From: a virus
Lineage: Duplodnaviria > Heunggongvirae > Uroviricota > Caudoviricetes
Length of the DNA stretch: 64,000 nt
Virus record (IMG/VR): IMGVR_UViG_3300028833_002727
Strand: one strand, 5' to 3'
A model generated the notes under the pieces. The model was not told the origin of the DNA and searched no databases. It saw nothing but the letters and a program-made list of their open reading frames with translations. Shown piece after piece: positions 1 through 9,657 of this stretch. The translations under genes were made by a program, and so were the position numbers. Within the stretch, counting starts at the first letter, position 1. Each line of letters begins with the position of its first letter.

Positions 1-339
1 AGGGAATTAGTAATACCTGCGGCATTAAATAGATGGGAAAGTGACAATTATAATAGTTTATATGAATTATTGCAGCATATGTACAGTAATTTAGGTTACT
101 ATTGGGCTTATGGAATAGATACTGGGTGTGCTTATTGTGCAGAGCGTTTTAAAGGCGGTACGTCAACAATTAGTTTAATTGCCATGACTCCGATTGAGAA
201 TGTTGATATGTCTGAAACCTGTGCATTGTGTGGTGTTGGTGAACACGAAGTATGTTTACATGATGACACGAAAATAATGTTAATTGGTTTAAAGATAGAT
301 GGTAAAGAGATAAATATTGGGCACAGGGTATACAAATAA
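1..339 (+). CDS. Hypothetical protein, 5'-truncated
   Basis: Frame of ORF 70..339 is open from base 1 (RELVIPAALNRW...); followed by a terminator. Confidence 0.6.
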   Translation, partial: RELVIPAALNRWESDNYNSLYELLQHMYSNLGYYWAYGIDTGCAYCAERFKGGTSTISLIAMTPIENVDMSETCALCGVGEHEVCLHDDTKIMLIGLKIDGKEINIGHRVYK

Positions 340-370
340 AAAAGTCACCTGATTGTAGGTGGCTTTTATT
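339..370. terminator. Bidirectional intrinsic terminator
   Basis: aaaaaagtcacct-gattgt-aggtggctttt hairpin between convergent genes. Confidence 0.7.
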
Positions 371-371
371 T

Positions 372-881
372 TTACTGGTTATCCTGTAATCGTTTTAATG
401 CTTTTTTAAGTTGTCCAATATCATCAATGCATCCAACCATTTTATCATTGTTTCGTCTACGGTATGGTGTGCCAAACATTCCTTGCATTGCAGTACTCTT
501 GATGTAACTTTTGATGTATTCAATATCACCTTCAGAAAAATACGGAACAGTTGATGTATACTTATACATTGTGATTGTAGTTTCACCAGCAGTAAACTCA
601 ATATAATCTTTAGTTTTTGCTGATTTAAACCATTCATACAATGAATTCAAACTGTTATACGCTTCTTCAGGATTATTACCTAGTTTAATTCTTATGTACT
701 CAGTGCTTTCTATATCTTTTACATTTAAAACATACACACTATCATAACATTTGATATTGTAGTACATTCCTTTGATAACGTAGTCTTCTACCCTGCTACT
801 TCCTCCACTTGAAATTGTAATTTGTCCAAAAGACATAATGCTAACAATGCACAGCATAAACGCAGTTAAAAATCTCTTCAT
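372..881 (-). CDS. Secreted hypothetical protein
   Basis: Likely start MKRFLTAFMLCIVSIMSFG (Bacteroidota-type signal peptide). Confidence 0.65.
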   Translation of the reverse strand: MKRFLTAFMLCIVSIMSFGQITISSGGSSRVEDYVIKGMYYNIKCYDSVYVLNVKDIESTEYIRIKLGNNPEEAYNSLNSLYEWFKSAKTKDYIEFTAGETTITMYKYTSTVPYFSEGDIEYIKSYIKSTAMQGMFGTPYRRRNNDKMVGCIDDIGQLKKALKRLQDNQ

Positions 882-906
882 ATTTTTTACTATTTTATTT
901 TTATTG

Positions 907-1791
907 TTATATGATGCCAAGCATTTCGATCAGTGTTGAAATAAGTTGTTCGTCACTATCTTCGAGTTTGGCTGTGTATTTTAGTGGTTCTAACACGTGT
1001 GGTGCAACTGTGCTGTATCTGTATACGACTTTACCGAGGCATTCCATGTTATCCACGAATTTTTGTGCATCCTTGTAGTGTTTCATTTTCCTGGATGGTG
1101 TGAATGCGAATATAACGGTTGCGTTATTATCTTTTGCGTAGTTTTGTAGTTTATCTACGTAGCGATTGAACTCAGCATCCAATGGGATTTCGTCAATAGC
1201 AACAACGTCATATTTGTTGCGTCCTATTTTTGTACTGAACTCGTATTCATCTATACCGTAGGCGTTAAATGAGCCTCCGTCTACTGGTGCGAAGTTTGTA
1301 CAGGTTATTTTTCTTTCGAATGCATTTTTTACTTCTTTGGCGAAATTAGCATTGTAGGTACAGTAAACAACTTTTTTACCAGCCATGTATTCGCGGAACA
1401 GTATTTCGCTGATGATGTCTGTCATACCTGCTTGTCTCATTTTAACGACTGGTATGAATAAATCACCTGCTGTTGTTCTGTTGAAGTAGTATTTAACAAA
1501 TCGTTTCTGAAGTGGTGTTAATTCTACGTCAGATATGTGGCAAGTTAAACGAGATAGCAGTCTCATTTTTGTACCATCCCAGAGTAAATCGTTAAATAAG
1601 TCTTTTCTGGCTTCCCTTTTTAGCACCTCATCTTTTTTCATTGAAGGTGGAAAATCACCGTAGCAATTGTAAAGGGTGTTGTCGTTGTTAGGTGTGGTTT
1701 CGTGGTGGTTACTTTCTGTCTTATATTCTTTTCCGTGTTTAAAACCTAATACATATCCTCTGGCGAATTCGCCTGTTGTATCTTTTGACAT
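907..1791 (-). CDS. Terminase-ATPase-like P-loop protein, no nuclease domain
   Basis: KMRQAGMT (terminase-type Walker A), VVAIDE (Walker B), FAFTPS (motif III-like). Confidence 0.5.
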   Translation of the reverse strand: MSKDTTGEFARGYVLGFKHGKEYKTESNHHETTPNNDNTLYNCYGDFPPSMKKDEVLKREARKDLFNDLLWDGTKMRLLSRLTCHISDVELTPLQKRFVKYYFNRTTAGDLFIPVVKMRQAGMTDIISEILFREYMAGKKVVYCTYNANFAKEVKNAFERKITCTNFAPVDGGSFNAYGIDEYEFSTKIGRNKYDVVAIDEIPLDAEFNRYVDKLQNYAKDNNATVIFAFTPSRKMKHYKDAQKFVDNMECLGKVVYRYSTVAPHVLEPLKYTAKLEDSDEQLISTLIEMLGII

Positions 1792-1976
1792 GTTTATATT
1801 ATAATTTTTCGTTAACCAGCAAGAATGCTGTTATTATTATTAGTGCTGTAAAAAGTGACATAATTTTACCTGATTATTGGGTAAATACTCTTGTTTATCT
1901 AAAATTCTTAAATACCTGAATTATAAGTGATTAAGATGTTAATCTGGTAAAAATCATGTATATAAAAACGTTATTT

Positions 1977-2237
1977 TCATATTTTTCTGCGTTTGGTTTT
2001 TGTGTATATACGTACATATCCATACTCTAAATCATGTACAATTTTGGTTACTTGTACTTCCATGTAACCAGCCTCATCGAATTCGTCCTCGAATTGATCG
2101 GCATTCTCAAAATCCATATCTTCCGAGCCTATTAGTATGTACTCGCCTACACGTGGGCACACAACTTCATCATCGTGTCCTCTGTAATATGTTTTTATAA
2201 GTTCGTCATTCAAATAAATTTCAATGTCAGTAGTCAT
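1977..2237 (-). CDS. Hypothetical protein
   Basis: ORF overlapping upstream gene by 4 nt in a minus-strand run. Confidence 0.65.
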   Translation of the reverse strand: MTTDIEIYLNDELIKTYYRGHDDEVVCPRVGEYILIGSEDMDFENADQFEDEFDEAGYMEVQVTKIVHDLEYGYVRIYTKTKRRKI

Positions 2238-2695
2238 AGATTTTCTGCTTTTGTTAAAAAGTTAAACCATTCTTCTGAAAAATATACGTTGCTTGGTATT
2301 TCTTTGGTAGTTCCAGCAGCGTTAACAAACATGCGCATCATCTGTATGCCTGTGTATCCGTTTAAGGATTTTTTGTATGTGTTTCTGTATGCCACCATGA
2401 ATTTTAAATCAGGATGTAGTACAGCACAAGCATACATCTTTTGGATGTTTCTTGTTATATCTTTTTGAGATATGGAGCAATAGGCAGTTCCTTGAACGCG
2501 TAAGTCTTTTGTTGGTAGTGCGTAGGCATTACCTTGAAGTCCTTCACCTTGTCCGTAGATAGCACCGAATTGTTCCCTGGCTACTTTTGCAGCACCAGCG
2601 CCATGCCTACCTTCGGGATTGCTCCCGAAGACAAAAACTATGTTTTCTCCTGGTGTTATTTCGCCTTGATAGAACTTGAGTGTGCTAGTATCCAT
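2234..2695 (-). CDS. Macro-domain-like phage protein (A1S_2505-like family)
   Basis: VFVFGSNPEGRHGAGAA and YALPTK resemble macro-domain N..HGGGVA and FPTK motifs. Confidence 0.55.
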   Translation of the reverse strand: MDTSTLKFYQGEITPGENIVFVFGSNPEGRHGAGAAKVAREQFGAIYGQGEGLQGNAYALPTKDLRVQGTAYCSISQKDITRNIQKMYACAVLHPDLKFMVAYRNTYKKSLNGYTGIQMMRMFVNAAGTTKEIPSNVYFSEEWFNFLTKAENL

Positions 2696-3183
2696 TCTGC
2701 GTATTCTTTTTTGTATTGTGTTATTTCATTAGTGCTTAATTCGCCATGTTGTTCACGATAACGCATTTCGTTGAAGTAGCGAATCTTTTTCTGATATTCA
2801 TATCTATTGTGTTCGTCTTGTTTCAGTTGTCCTTTGAGTTCTTCCAGGTGTTCCCTAACGATTACCACGCGTTCGTGGTGACTGAGACTAAGCGCGTAGT
2901 TATACTCCATATTTAAATCTTCGATAAGGATTTCCCAGATTTCTTCGTTGAACTCATCTTCACCTAAACCGTCTTCGCCATCAAAACCATTGAAGCGTAG
3001 TCTATCCACAATGTAGTCGAATACTGCATCACAATCCATATCCATAACCCAGTCGTACGGGGTATCGTCGTAAACTAGAGTTTGTCGATGATATTTCTCT
3101 CCAGGCCGTATGATATGTCCACAACAGGTACATTCGTGTGGTTTGCGGGCAACTGGATATTTGTCTTTTAATACTGTAATCAT
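2656..3183 (-). CDS. Hypothetical phage protein with Cys motif
   Basis: ARKPHECTCCG...I.PGEKY motif common in phage proteins. Confidence 0.65.
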   Translation of the reverse strand: MITVLKDKYPVARKPHECTCCGHIIRPGEKYHRQTLVYDDTPYDWVMDMDCDAVFDYIVDRLRFNGFDGEDGLGEDEFNEEIWEILIEDLNMEYNYALSLSHHERVVIVREHLEELKGQLKQDEHNRYEYQKKIRYFNEMRYREQHGELSTNEITQYKKEYAEWILAHSSSIKAK

Positions 3184-3195
3184 TTTTTGTAATGT

Positions 3196-3795
3196 TTAAG
3201 TAGTTTTTTCTATTTTACCGTCTTCATCGAATACGGTACAGTTTTCATAGACAATCTGTTTTGGTGCTTCACGTCCGTAGAGTTTTTTGTAGAACTCTGA
3301 TCCATCCCATTTTGTCCATTCTACGTCTATGATTTTCTTTCCTAGTTCGCTCTGTGCAAATTCCTCGTTGGTGCATAAACCTAATTTTTCGAGTACTGGT
3401 AGCATATAGTTTACAAGGATGTGAATAATCACAGGATTCTTGTCATTGTATGCTTCGTTAATCTCGTAGCAGAAAGTCTCATAAGCCGTTAGCGGTGCTG
3501 CAATTTTGGTGAATCGTGAGCATTCCCAATCTACTACCATTGCCGTGTAGTCACATGACAGCCAAGGTGCAATTTGTCCGTTATCATAATGGTAGTGGTG
3601 TCTTGAATGTTTTCTATGCCAAGCACGTACGCGTGGATAATCTTTCCATAACCACATTAGGAATGGTTTTTCTATGTCATGGAAAATGTAGTATGGTTTC
3701 CATACACCTAATTTAATTGCTGTTACGTTAAACATCCACCAGTGTGCTAACCAGTAGGGAAATGTGCTTTTTTCGGATTCTGGATATAATTTCAT
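3196..3795 (-). CDS. HD-like metal-dependent hydrolase (DUF5662-like)
   Basis: H...FHDIEK, HRKHSRHH, VVDWEC motifs. Confidence 0.55.
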   Translation of the reverse strand: MKLYPESEKSTFPYWLAHWWMFNVTAIKLGVWKPYYIFHDIEKPFLMWLWKDYPRVRAWHRKHSRHHYHYDNGQIAPWLSCDYTAMVVDWECSRFTKIAAPLTAYETFCYEINEAYNDKNPVIIHILVNYMLPVLEKLGLCTNEEFAQSELGKKIIDVEWTKWDGSEFYKKLYGREAPKQIVYENCTVFDEDGKIEKTT

Positions 3796-3981
3796 ATTAT
3801 GTGTTTTTTTATTACGTATTTCAAATAATAATACCGTTGTTCATTTTCAAAGACTCTTCTTCGCTTTCATCATATTTTTCGAATGTCATATAATAACTCC
3901 AGTCAGGATATACCCAATAGTTAATCTTTGTTTTAGTATTTGAACAATAATCTCTCCTATATAATCTTGCTTCCATATATT

Positions 3982-4638
3982 TTACTTTTTGTAGTCTTCA
4001 GGTTTTGGACAAAGTTTAACAAATTCACTGCGTAATGCGTTGAGTTGTGGTTGATACATTGCTTTGTAATCTTTCCATTTGTGTGATGGCACAATGTCTT
4101 TCTCCCACAAATCTTCCCAATAGTTATTAGCCTCTGTGTAATCTACTATTTTGCCGTAGGTTGCTATCTGGATACCAAACTTAAGCAGGCGCAAGCAGTG
4201 GAACAGTGATTTAATTGCGCGGTAGTAATCGTAGTCAGCCTCTACCGTTAGTTTCTTGTGGCATTTAGCCCAAGCATTGTTTACGATACTTGAAATGGTT
4301 TGTCTGAGTTTCCACTTATCAAGTTCGAAGTATTTAAGGTAGTCGTATTTACCTTCGTACTTATCACTTGGTAACCAAAGGCTTTCTAAGGCGATGATGT
4401 GGTGGTTCTTAACCATTTCAATAAAATCACTTTCTCTGATGTACTGTGTATCTTTTTCTACGCCATCTACAAGTGTTTTAGACTCATATATGTGGTTAGT
4501 GTACTCTGAGAAATCAAAGGTATCATCTACGATTGTGACAATATCTATGTCAGAATATACAGTAGGTTTAACCCCATAGACTCGTGAGCCATGGGGAAAA
4601 CTACAAATTGTATGTTCATTTAAATCGTTGATGTTCAT
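3982..4638 (-). CDS. Pol-beta superfamily nucleotidyltransferase with helical C-terminal domain
   Basis: HGSRVYG...SDIDIV motif; KSLFHCLR. Confidence 0.75.
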   Translation of the reverse strand: MNINDLNEHTICSFPHGSRVYGVKPTVYSDIDIVTIVDDTFDFSEYTNHIYESKTLVDGVEKDTQYIRESDFIEMVKNHHIIALESLWLPSDKYEGKYDYLKYFELDKWKLRQTISSIVNNAWAKCHKKLTVEADYDYYRAIKSLFHCLRLLKFGIQIATYGKIVDYTEANNYWEDLWEKDIVPSHKWKDYKAMYQPQLNALRSEFVKLCPKPEDYKK

Positions 4639-5072
4639 ATCTTATTGTTTATGAATAGGTATGTTTTTCTACCTTGTGCTTTGTTATGCTCAATTAGGTT
4701 GATAATGTTTTCCAAGTCATCTGGTAGAACCAAAATACATCCTCTTGATGCTTCTGCGTAGCGTCCTGCGTGTATTCTGATACCTGCTCTTCCTGGTACG
4801 TTGCACACAAGCGGCAGTTTCTCCCTAAACTTAGGCGACATCGTGTTCTGTAGTTCGTATACACCATCTGGAATTAAAAACCAGCGATTTTCAACAGCGT
4901 CGATTGAACGTATAGAATGTTTGCCGAAGCGTATTGAACCTTCTACAGTGATACCGTCTACATTGTGTCTTGTTAAATATATTTCGTTTGGACGTTCTCT
5001 ACTGTCAATTTTAACACCAATGACGAATGCTAAGACGAATGCAAACATTACCCAAAAATCAAATTTATCCAT
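4635..5072 (-). CDS. DUF5675-like protein (L,D-transpeptidase-like fold) with N-terminal TM helix
   Basis: IPDGVY, SPKF, VPGRAGIRIHAG...S.GCILV. Confidence 0.7.
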   Translation of the reverse strand: MDKFDFWVMFAFVLAFVIGVKIDSRERPNEIYLTRHNVDGITVEGSIRFGKHSIRSIDAVENRWFLIPDGVYELQNTMSPKFREKLPLVCNVPGRAGIRIHAGRYAEASRGCILVLPDDLENIINLIEHNKAQGRKTYLFINNKI

Positions 5073-5211
5073 TTTTCGAAAGAAATTTAGAGTATGTCAG
5101 TACGCTTATAATGTGGTTGCGTTCTAAACAATCCTCTGTATGTGTTAATAACCAATTTATATCTTCGTCAATCAGTTTTTTGAAAGCCGAGTGATTTAGT
5201 TTTGTTCCCAT
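5065..5211 (-). CDS. Small hypothetical protein
   Basis: Likely start MGTKLN at 5211, right after the ligase stop. Confidence 0.5.
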   Translation of the reverse strand: MGTKLNHSAFKKLIDEDINWLLTHTEDCLERNHIISVLTYSKFLSKNG

Positions 5212-5212
5212 A

Positions 5213-5869
5213 TTAGAATTCGTTTTTAACCCATGTTTCTCTCCAATGTTTGTCTGTTTGTACGTGATTAGCGCGTACGTACTTTGCAACGTGTTTCGAA
5301 AATTCCTCGATAGGGAATGAATCAACGTCTCTAACGACAAATCCTTCAATGTCCTGCCCCTGTTCAGCCAATTCTTTTTTGATTTCTTCAAAGGCTTTCA
5401 TAATTTTATCTCTATCATAAACGCCTCTATATATTTCTCTAACAGTTTTCAAATGATAAAGACTGCATCTTGTTTTTATAGAATCCCATGAATATATCCA
5501 ATTGTCTTTATCATTTTTTGCTGCGATACAAAATACTTGAAACGAATCTTCGATATTATCAAACTTATACCCAATAGAATGTTTTGCATATAAATTCTCT
5601 CCAATAACACGTTCATCTTCTTCGAGTTTATAGCAAAAATCCCACACTTTTGCTTTCAACCAATTCTGCCACTCATAACCAGTTCCATCAAGAGAACGTG
5701 CATGAATATAACCGTCAGGATAGACAGTCGTGTTTTCACCATCCATCTTGATTGTTACCACAACTTCCATTCCTTTGAATTGGTCGTCATTTGGTAGTGT
5801 CTTATCATCATCTGTTTTAGATTGAGAATAAGGCAAATGATATGTTCTTGGGTATTTAATTCGTTCCAT
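5213..5869 (-). CDS. ATP-dependent RNA ligase family protein
   Basis: KYPRTYHLP, IKMDGEN (motif I), GENLYAKHSI, EGFVVR, KYVR. Confidence 0.85.
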   Translation of the reverse strand: MERIKYPRTYHLPYSQSKTDDDKTLPNDDQFKGMEVVVTIKMDGENTTVYPDGYIHARSLDGTGYEWQNWLKAKVWDFCYKLEEDERVIGENLYAKHSIGYKFDNIEDSFQVFCIAAKNDKDNWIYSWDSIKTRCSLYHLKTVREIYRGVYDRDKIMKAFEEIKKELAEQGQDIEGFVVRDVDSFPIEEFSKHVAKYVRANHVQTDKHWRETWVKNEF

Positions 5870-6018
5870 TATCTTCGATTTTTGTGTTTATAACCTATCA
5901 TTCTTCCAAGTTGGCACATTATACGTCCTGCAATAGCAACGGTGTCAATATTTGGATATTCATCGTTCCAATACTCATCGAGCATTTCTTTGATTTCTTC
6001 TTTCTCAGTTTTATTCAT
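5869..6018 (-). CDS. Small hypothetical protein (49 aa, absent from ORF track)
   Basis: MNKTEKEEIKEMLDEYW...; follows promoter at 6045-6076; TAATG-coupled to the ligase. Confidence 0.6.
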   Translation of the reverse strand: MNKTEKEEIKEMLDEYWNDEYPNIDTVAIAGRIMCQLGRMIGYKHKNRR

Positions 6019-6044
6019 TTGTTACTGTGTTTTATTTTATGCTG

Positions 6045-6076
6045 CAAAGATAATACAATTATTTCAAATAGCCAAA
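6045..6076 (-). promoter_or_regulatory. Bacteroidota sigma-A type early promoter
   Basis: Minus strand TTTG-N20-TATCTTTG. Confidence 0.8.
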
Positions 6077-6083
6077 AAATTAG

Positions 6084-6593
6084 TTATTTTTCTTTCATAT
6101 ATCTGTTCCACAAATCTTTGTTGCTACTTATTTCCGTTATACCTTGTACGGGTGGATTAACTTTTAACAGGTAATCCCTATTGCGTAGTTCCATACATGC
6201 TTCCACGAAGCCAGCCTTGAAATATGCAGCCTGTTCTTCTGTATCGCAATGTACGTTTCCATTGAAATACTCTTCAGCCACTTTCCAGTAGAAATCTTTG
6301 AGTTTTGCTTTCTTTTCTTCTGCGCGCTTAATGCTGCAATCAATTACTTCCTGAGCCTCTTCCTCTGTATCGTAACATTCAGAACAAGCGGAACATGTAC
6401 GATCAGTTAAAAAGTTAGGGTTTCCACACATACCAGCACGTTCTTGTACTGTGATGTATCTAAATGGCATCATGTACATCAAATCAGAAACTATGCTTCC
6501 GACAGTGACAAGTAAAGGACGTGAAGCGTGCAAGTCTGGTAAATACATCCAAACCTGCGCGCCTTCCTTTATTTCAGCAATTGTGTGTTTCAT
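6084..6593 (-). CDS. Hypothetical protein
   Basis: 169 aa ORF in operon. Confidence 0.65.
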   Translation of the reverse strand: MKHTIAEIKEGAQVWMYLPDLHASRPLLVTVGSIVSDLMYMMPFRYITVQERAGMCGNPNFLTDRTCSACSECYDTEEEAQEVIDCSIKRAEEKKAKLKDFYWKVAEEYFNGNVHCDTEEQAAYFKAGFVEACMELRNRDYLLKVNPPVQGITEISSNKDLWNRYMKEK

Positions 6594-6601
6594 GTTACTG
6601 A

Positions 6602-6922
6602 TTAGAATTTCTTTTGTAACTCATTTACAAGTTCAGCAGACTCTTGTGCTTTGTCACGCCAGTATTCGTACTCAGTCTTTGCCTCTGCCTCAAGAGCCTT
6701 AGCCTCTTCGATGTCAGCAAGCAAATCAGACAATGCATTCGCCTTGAACAAGCGCATTTTGTACACTGCCTTTGCACGTGCGATTTTCTCACCGATTTCA
6801 GCATCAAATGTATCCTTCTCGTTACATACTGCGACGCCTTTGAAGAACAGTTCTACGTCCTTGTCCCACAGGTAAAACACCGTAGTCTTACCATACACTT
6901 TTACTTGATTTTTCTTCTCCAT
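6602..6922 (-). CDS. Conserved phage hypothetical protein
   Basis: GVAVCNEKDTFDAEIGEKIARAKA motif plus coiled coil. Confidence 0.7.
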   Translation of the reverse strand: MEKKNQVKVYGKTTVFYLWDKDVELFFKGVAVCNEKDTFDAEIGEKIARAKAVYKMRLFKANALSDLLADIEEAKALEAEAKTEYEYWRDKAQESAELVNELQKKF

Positions 6923-6927
6923 ATTGT

Positions 6928-7224
6928 TTACAGTTTTAAATTGTTAATATCGAACGCATCTAAAAATTTGTTAGCGTGTTCAACGTCATTGATTGGAACA
7001 TCTAGCATCAATTTAGACACATGTTCATTTTTATTTCTTTTATCAATCTTGTAGATTCTGAATTGAATGTCGTTTGTGTCTTCCTTACGAATCCAAAATT
7101 GCAAATCCGTCTCAATGGTTTTGTCTTCATTTTCAAATACGTAAAGGCAACAGATTAACTCACCCATTGGATATACCATGAAACCTTTTTTCTCTAACAG
7201 TTGTGTTGTTAATTGTTTATTCAT
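6928..7224 (-). CDS. Hypothetical protein
   Basis: ORF in operon. Confidence 0.6.
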   Translation of the reverse strand: MNKQLTTQLLEKKGFMVYPMGELICCLYVFENEDKTIETDLQFWIRKEDTNDIQFRIYKIDKRNKNEHVSKLMLDVPINDVEHANKFLDAFDINNLKL

Positions 7225-7228
7225 GTTG

Positions 7229-7576
7229 TTATCTCCATAAATCGGATAGGTGGTTATTTATTAGATAACCCTCTACCTCTTTTTTAAGTATGTCTTTTGT
7301 TTGTTCTAATGTAAGTCCAGAGTCATTCAACGGAAGACTTCTGATCAGTAAAAATCTACTCCAGTTCTCTTTGAAGATTTTGACGAGTTCATCATTCATT
7401 TCTTCTTTTGACATATCAAACAAATTAGCAATACATCCGTAGTTTCCTACAGTTGCTAAGTTTGACATTAGACTGGAGTGATTGTCTAACTTGCCACGCA
7501 AATCGTAGTATGCAGTTAAACGGTTTTCCTCTTTGTCAAAAACGATAACGTAAGATGTATCAATTAGCCTTATCAT
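7229..7576 (-). CDS. Hypothetical protein
   Basis: Likely start MIRLID at 7576, which minimises overlap. Confidence 0.55.
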   Translation of the reverse strand: MIRLIDTSYVIVFDKEENRLTAYYDLRGKLDNHSSLMSNLATVGNYGCIANLFDMSKEEMNDELVKIFKENWSRFLLIRSLPLNDSGLTLEQTKDILKKEVEGYLINNHLSDLWR

Positions 7577-7793
7577 ATTTCTCGCGGTATTCACCGTAGT
7601 TAAATAAAATTTCTTTATACTCGTCTTCGGTGAGCGGGATAATATTTTCCCACTCATCCGTCATGTTCTGAATGCGATTAGCGTTTTTCAGCCAAAACAA
7701 TGCGTTCTTGACGTCAATCATGTTGACGATACCGCTCTTTTGTAAAGCACGGTAACTGTCGAACATTTCTTTTGTGATTTTCACTTCTTTCAT
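7560..7793 (-). CDS. Small phage protein (DUF5049-like)
   Basis: LQKSGIVNM...I..NYGEY motif. Confidence 0.55.
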   Translation of the reverse strand: MKEVKITKEMFDSYRALQKSGIVNMIDVKNALFWLKNANRIQNMTDEWENIIPLTEDEYKEILFNYGEYREKYDKAN

Positions 7794-7821
7794 AGAACAA
7801 TATAAATATACAATTATTTTT

Positions 7822-8439
7822 TTATAGAGTACCGCGTAAATCGGCTAATTCGTCGTTAATACCGTCGCGAAGTCTACCGTCCATTCTGAACACAAACAAA
7901 TCCTCAAGGGTTTTTTCAATGGCGTTCGTATAGAGAGTTGCTTTATCGGATAAAACATCCAACGTAGCCTCATACATAGCACAACGTTCCTCCAGTTTTT
8001 TGCATATTCGATTGTGGTATTCCTCTTCTGTCTCAGGCGCATACTCAATAATGCAGAGAATTCTGCCACACGACGTATCGTAAATACATCTGTAATATTG
8101 GCCTTTCGACAAGTACAATATTCTGTCAATTTGTTTACCGTCAGGCAATTTGATGTGACGGCAAGTATATGTGCGAGTCTCTGGTGCAAGACACCATACG
8201 TTGCTTTTTAGTTTCTTGTGCAACTTAGTCAACAGGGTTTTATCCTTGTTGATTTCGTTGATGTCACCTGGTAATTCTTGATAGTTTTCACTTTTGTAGA
8301 TGACTCTACACGGCGTACTTGATGGGTGTTCACAAGTGATGTCTTTGTTGAGTTCGACTTCATATACACCTATATCATCCGCACAATCATTGCGGAACCC
8401 TTCTCTGTAGATGTAACGTGGTTTTTCAATTTTACTCAT
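7822..8439 (-). CDS. Hypothetical protein
   Basis: First gene after promoter 8483-8514. Confidence 0.65.
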   Translation of the reverse strand: MSKIEKPRYIYREGFRNDCADDIGVYEVELNKDITCEHPSSTPCRVIYKSENYQELPGDINEINKDKTLLTKLHKKLKSNVWCLAPETRTYTCRHIKLPDGKQIDRILYLSKGQYYRCIYDTSCGRILCIIEYAPETEEEYHNRICKKLEERCAMYEATLDVLSDKATLYTNAIEKTLEDLFVFRMDGRLRDGINDELADLRGTL

Positions 8440-8482
8440 ATGCTATTTTATTTATTTTGGATCAGAATATGTATTTCTGCTG

Positions 8483-8514
8483 CAAAAGTAGTAATAATTT
8501 TTCAAATAACCAAA
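8483..8514 (-). promoter_or_regulatory. Bacteroidota sigma-A type early promoter
   Basis: TTTG-N20-TACTTTTG. Confidence 0.8.
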
Positions 8515-8533
8515 TATTTGTATAGGAAAAATG

Positions 8534-8540
8534 TATTTAT
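8534..8540 (+). promoter_or_regulatory. Putative phage late promoter motif TATTTAT
   Basis: Same motif recurs upstream of most structural and tagged genes. Confidence 0.55.
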
Positions 8541-8559
8541 CTATAAAGTAACTGAGTAA

Positions 8560-9606
8560 ATGTCTAAAGTAATTAACGAAAATATATTAAGAAGTATCAT
8601 TCGTAATGCGTTGAATGAAGCAGTTGATGAGTTGAACTTATATCACGGCACAAATGCTGATTTTGATAAGTTCGATTTTGCTTACCTATCTTCTGGCTGG
8701 GGCCAACAAGCATATGGTTATGGCTTTTATTTAACAACCAGTTATGATGCTGCAAAGGATTATGCATATGATGCTAATCATGGACAAGTGATGGAAGTAG
8801 AAGTGCCTGATGGGAAATATCTAACTGATGTTAGTATAAGCAAGGCTGAAGCAAACCGCATAGCGCGTATTTTCTTTAAATACATGACTGAAGAGAATGA
8901 AGATACTCGTGATAGTTATTCTACTGAAGAAGAGAAACGTTGTTTTTGGGATTACGAAGTGGATTATGTACGCCGTTGTAGCACTGGCACCTATGTATAT
9001 GGTACAATTGCTTCACTAATGGGCAGCGACAAAGATACTTCAGAATTTTTACATGACAAATGTGGCTATGTTGGATTAAAGATAAGGGACAGATATAACG
9101 CCGGAAAAAAGACGCCAATTACATATGTTATATTCAACCAAAATGATATTAAGATATTGAGGAAAACCCACGTTAATGAAAAAGTTGACAAATCAAAAGT
9201 TGATGAATTCCATAAAATATTTACATTTGGAAAATACAATGGACAAGAAAAGACTAAAGTTATACGAGAAGACCCTGAATATTGTGTGTGGTTATATAAA
9301 AAAATGAAATATTCACCATTTACTGATAAACAGCTTGGATTACTGGATGTATCATATTATAGAAAATATAAAATATTCCCAATTAAATCTAGAACAACAC
9401 CTAATTATGCACAAATAAAAGGTGTTTTAGTAAAGAATATGACAGCAGAACAATTATCATATGTATATGAGAATGGAACAGATGAATTTAAATGGCTAGT
9501 AAAACAAGAGCACACGAATCGTGGTTGGCATTATCACCCATACAAAAGGTATCCTGTTTTTCAGACGGATGATTTATACGAGAATATAGATAGCAGACTA
9601 CATTGA
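8560..9606 (+). CDS. ADP-ribosyltransferase-like (ART-PolyVal-like) protein with N-terminal tag and FGKY (DUF3820/ExoX-C-like) domain
   Basis: LYHGT...YGYGFYLT...AKDYA...YVIFN; FTFGKYNG; N-term INENILRSIIRNALNE. Confidence 0.7.
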   Translation: MSKVINENILRSIIRNALNEAVDELNLYHGTNADFDKFDFAYLSSGWGQQAYGYGFYLTTSYDAAKDYAYDANHGQVMEVEVPDGKYLTDVSISKAEANRIARIFFKYMTEENEDTRDSYSTEEEKRCFWDYEVDYVRRCSTGTYVYGTIASLMGSDKDTSEFLHDKCGYVGLKIRDRYNAGKKTPITYVIFNQNDIKILRKTHVNEKVDKSKVDEFHKIFTFGKYNGQEKTKVIREDPEYCVWLYKKMKYSPFTDKQLGLLDVSYYRKYKIFPIKSRTTPNYAQIKGVLVKNMTAEQLSYVYENGTDEFKWLVKQEHTNRGWHYHPYKRYPVFQTDDLYENIDSRLH

Positions 9607-9623
9607 TGTTAGGCAGTGGAAAA

Positions 9624-9657
9624 TAAAAAAGAGAACTTGGATGTTCTCTTTTTTTTT
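9624..9657. terminator. Bidirectional intrinsic terminator
   Basis: aaaaaagagaac-ttggat-gttctctttttt. Confidence 0.75.
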
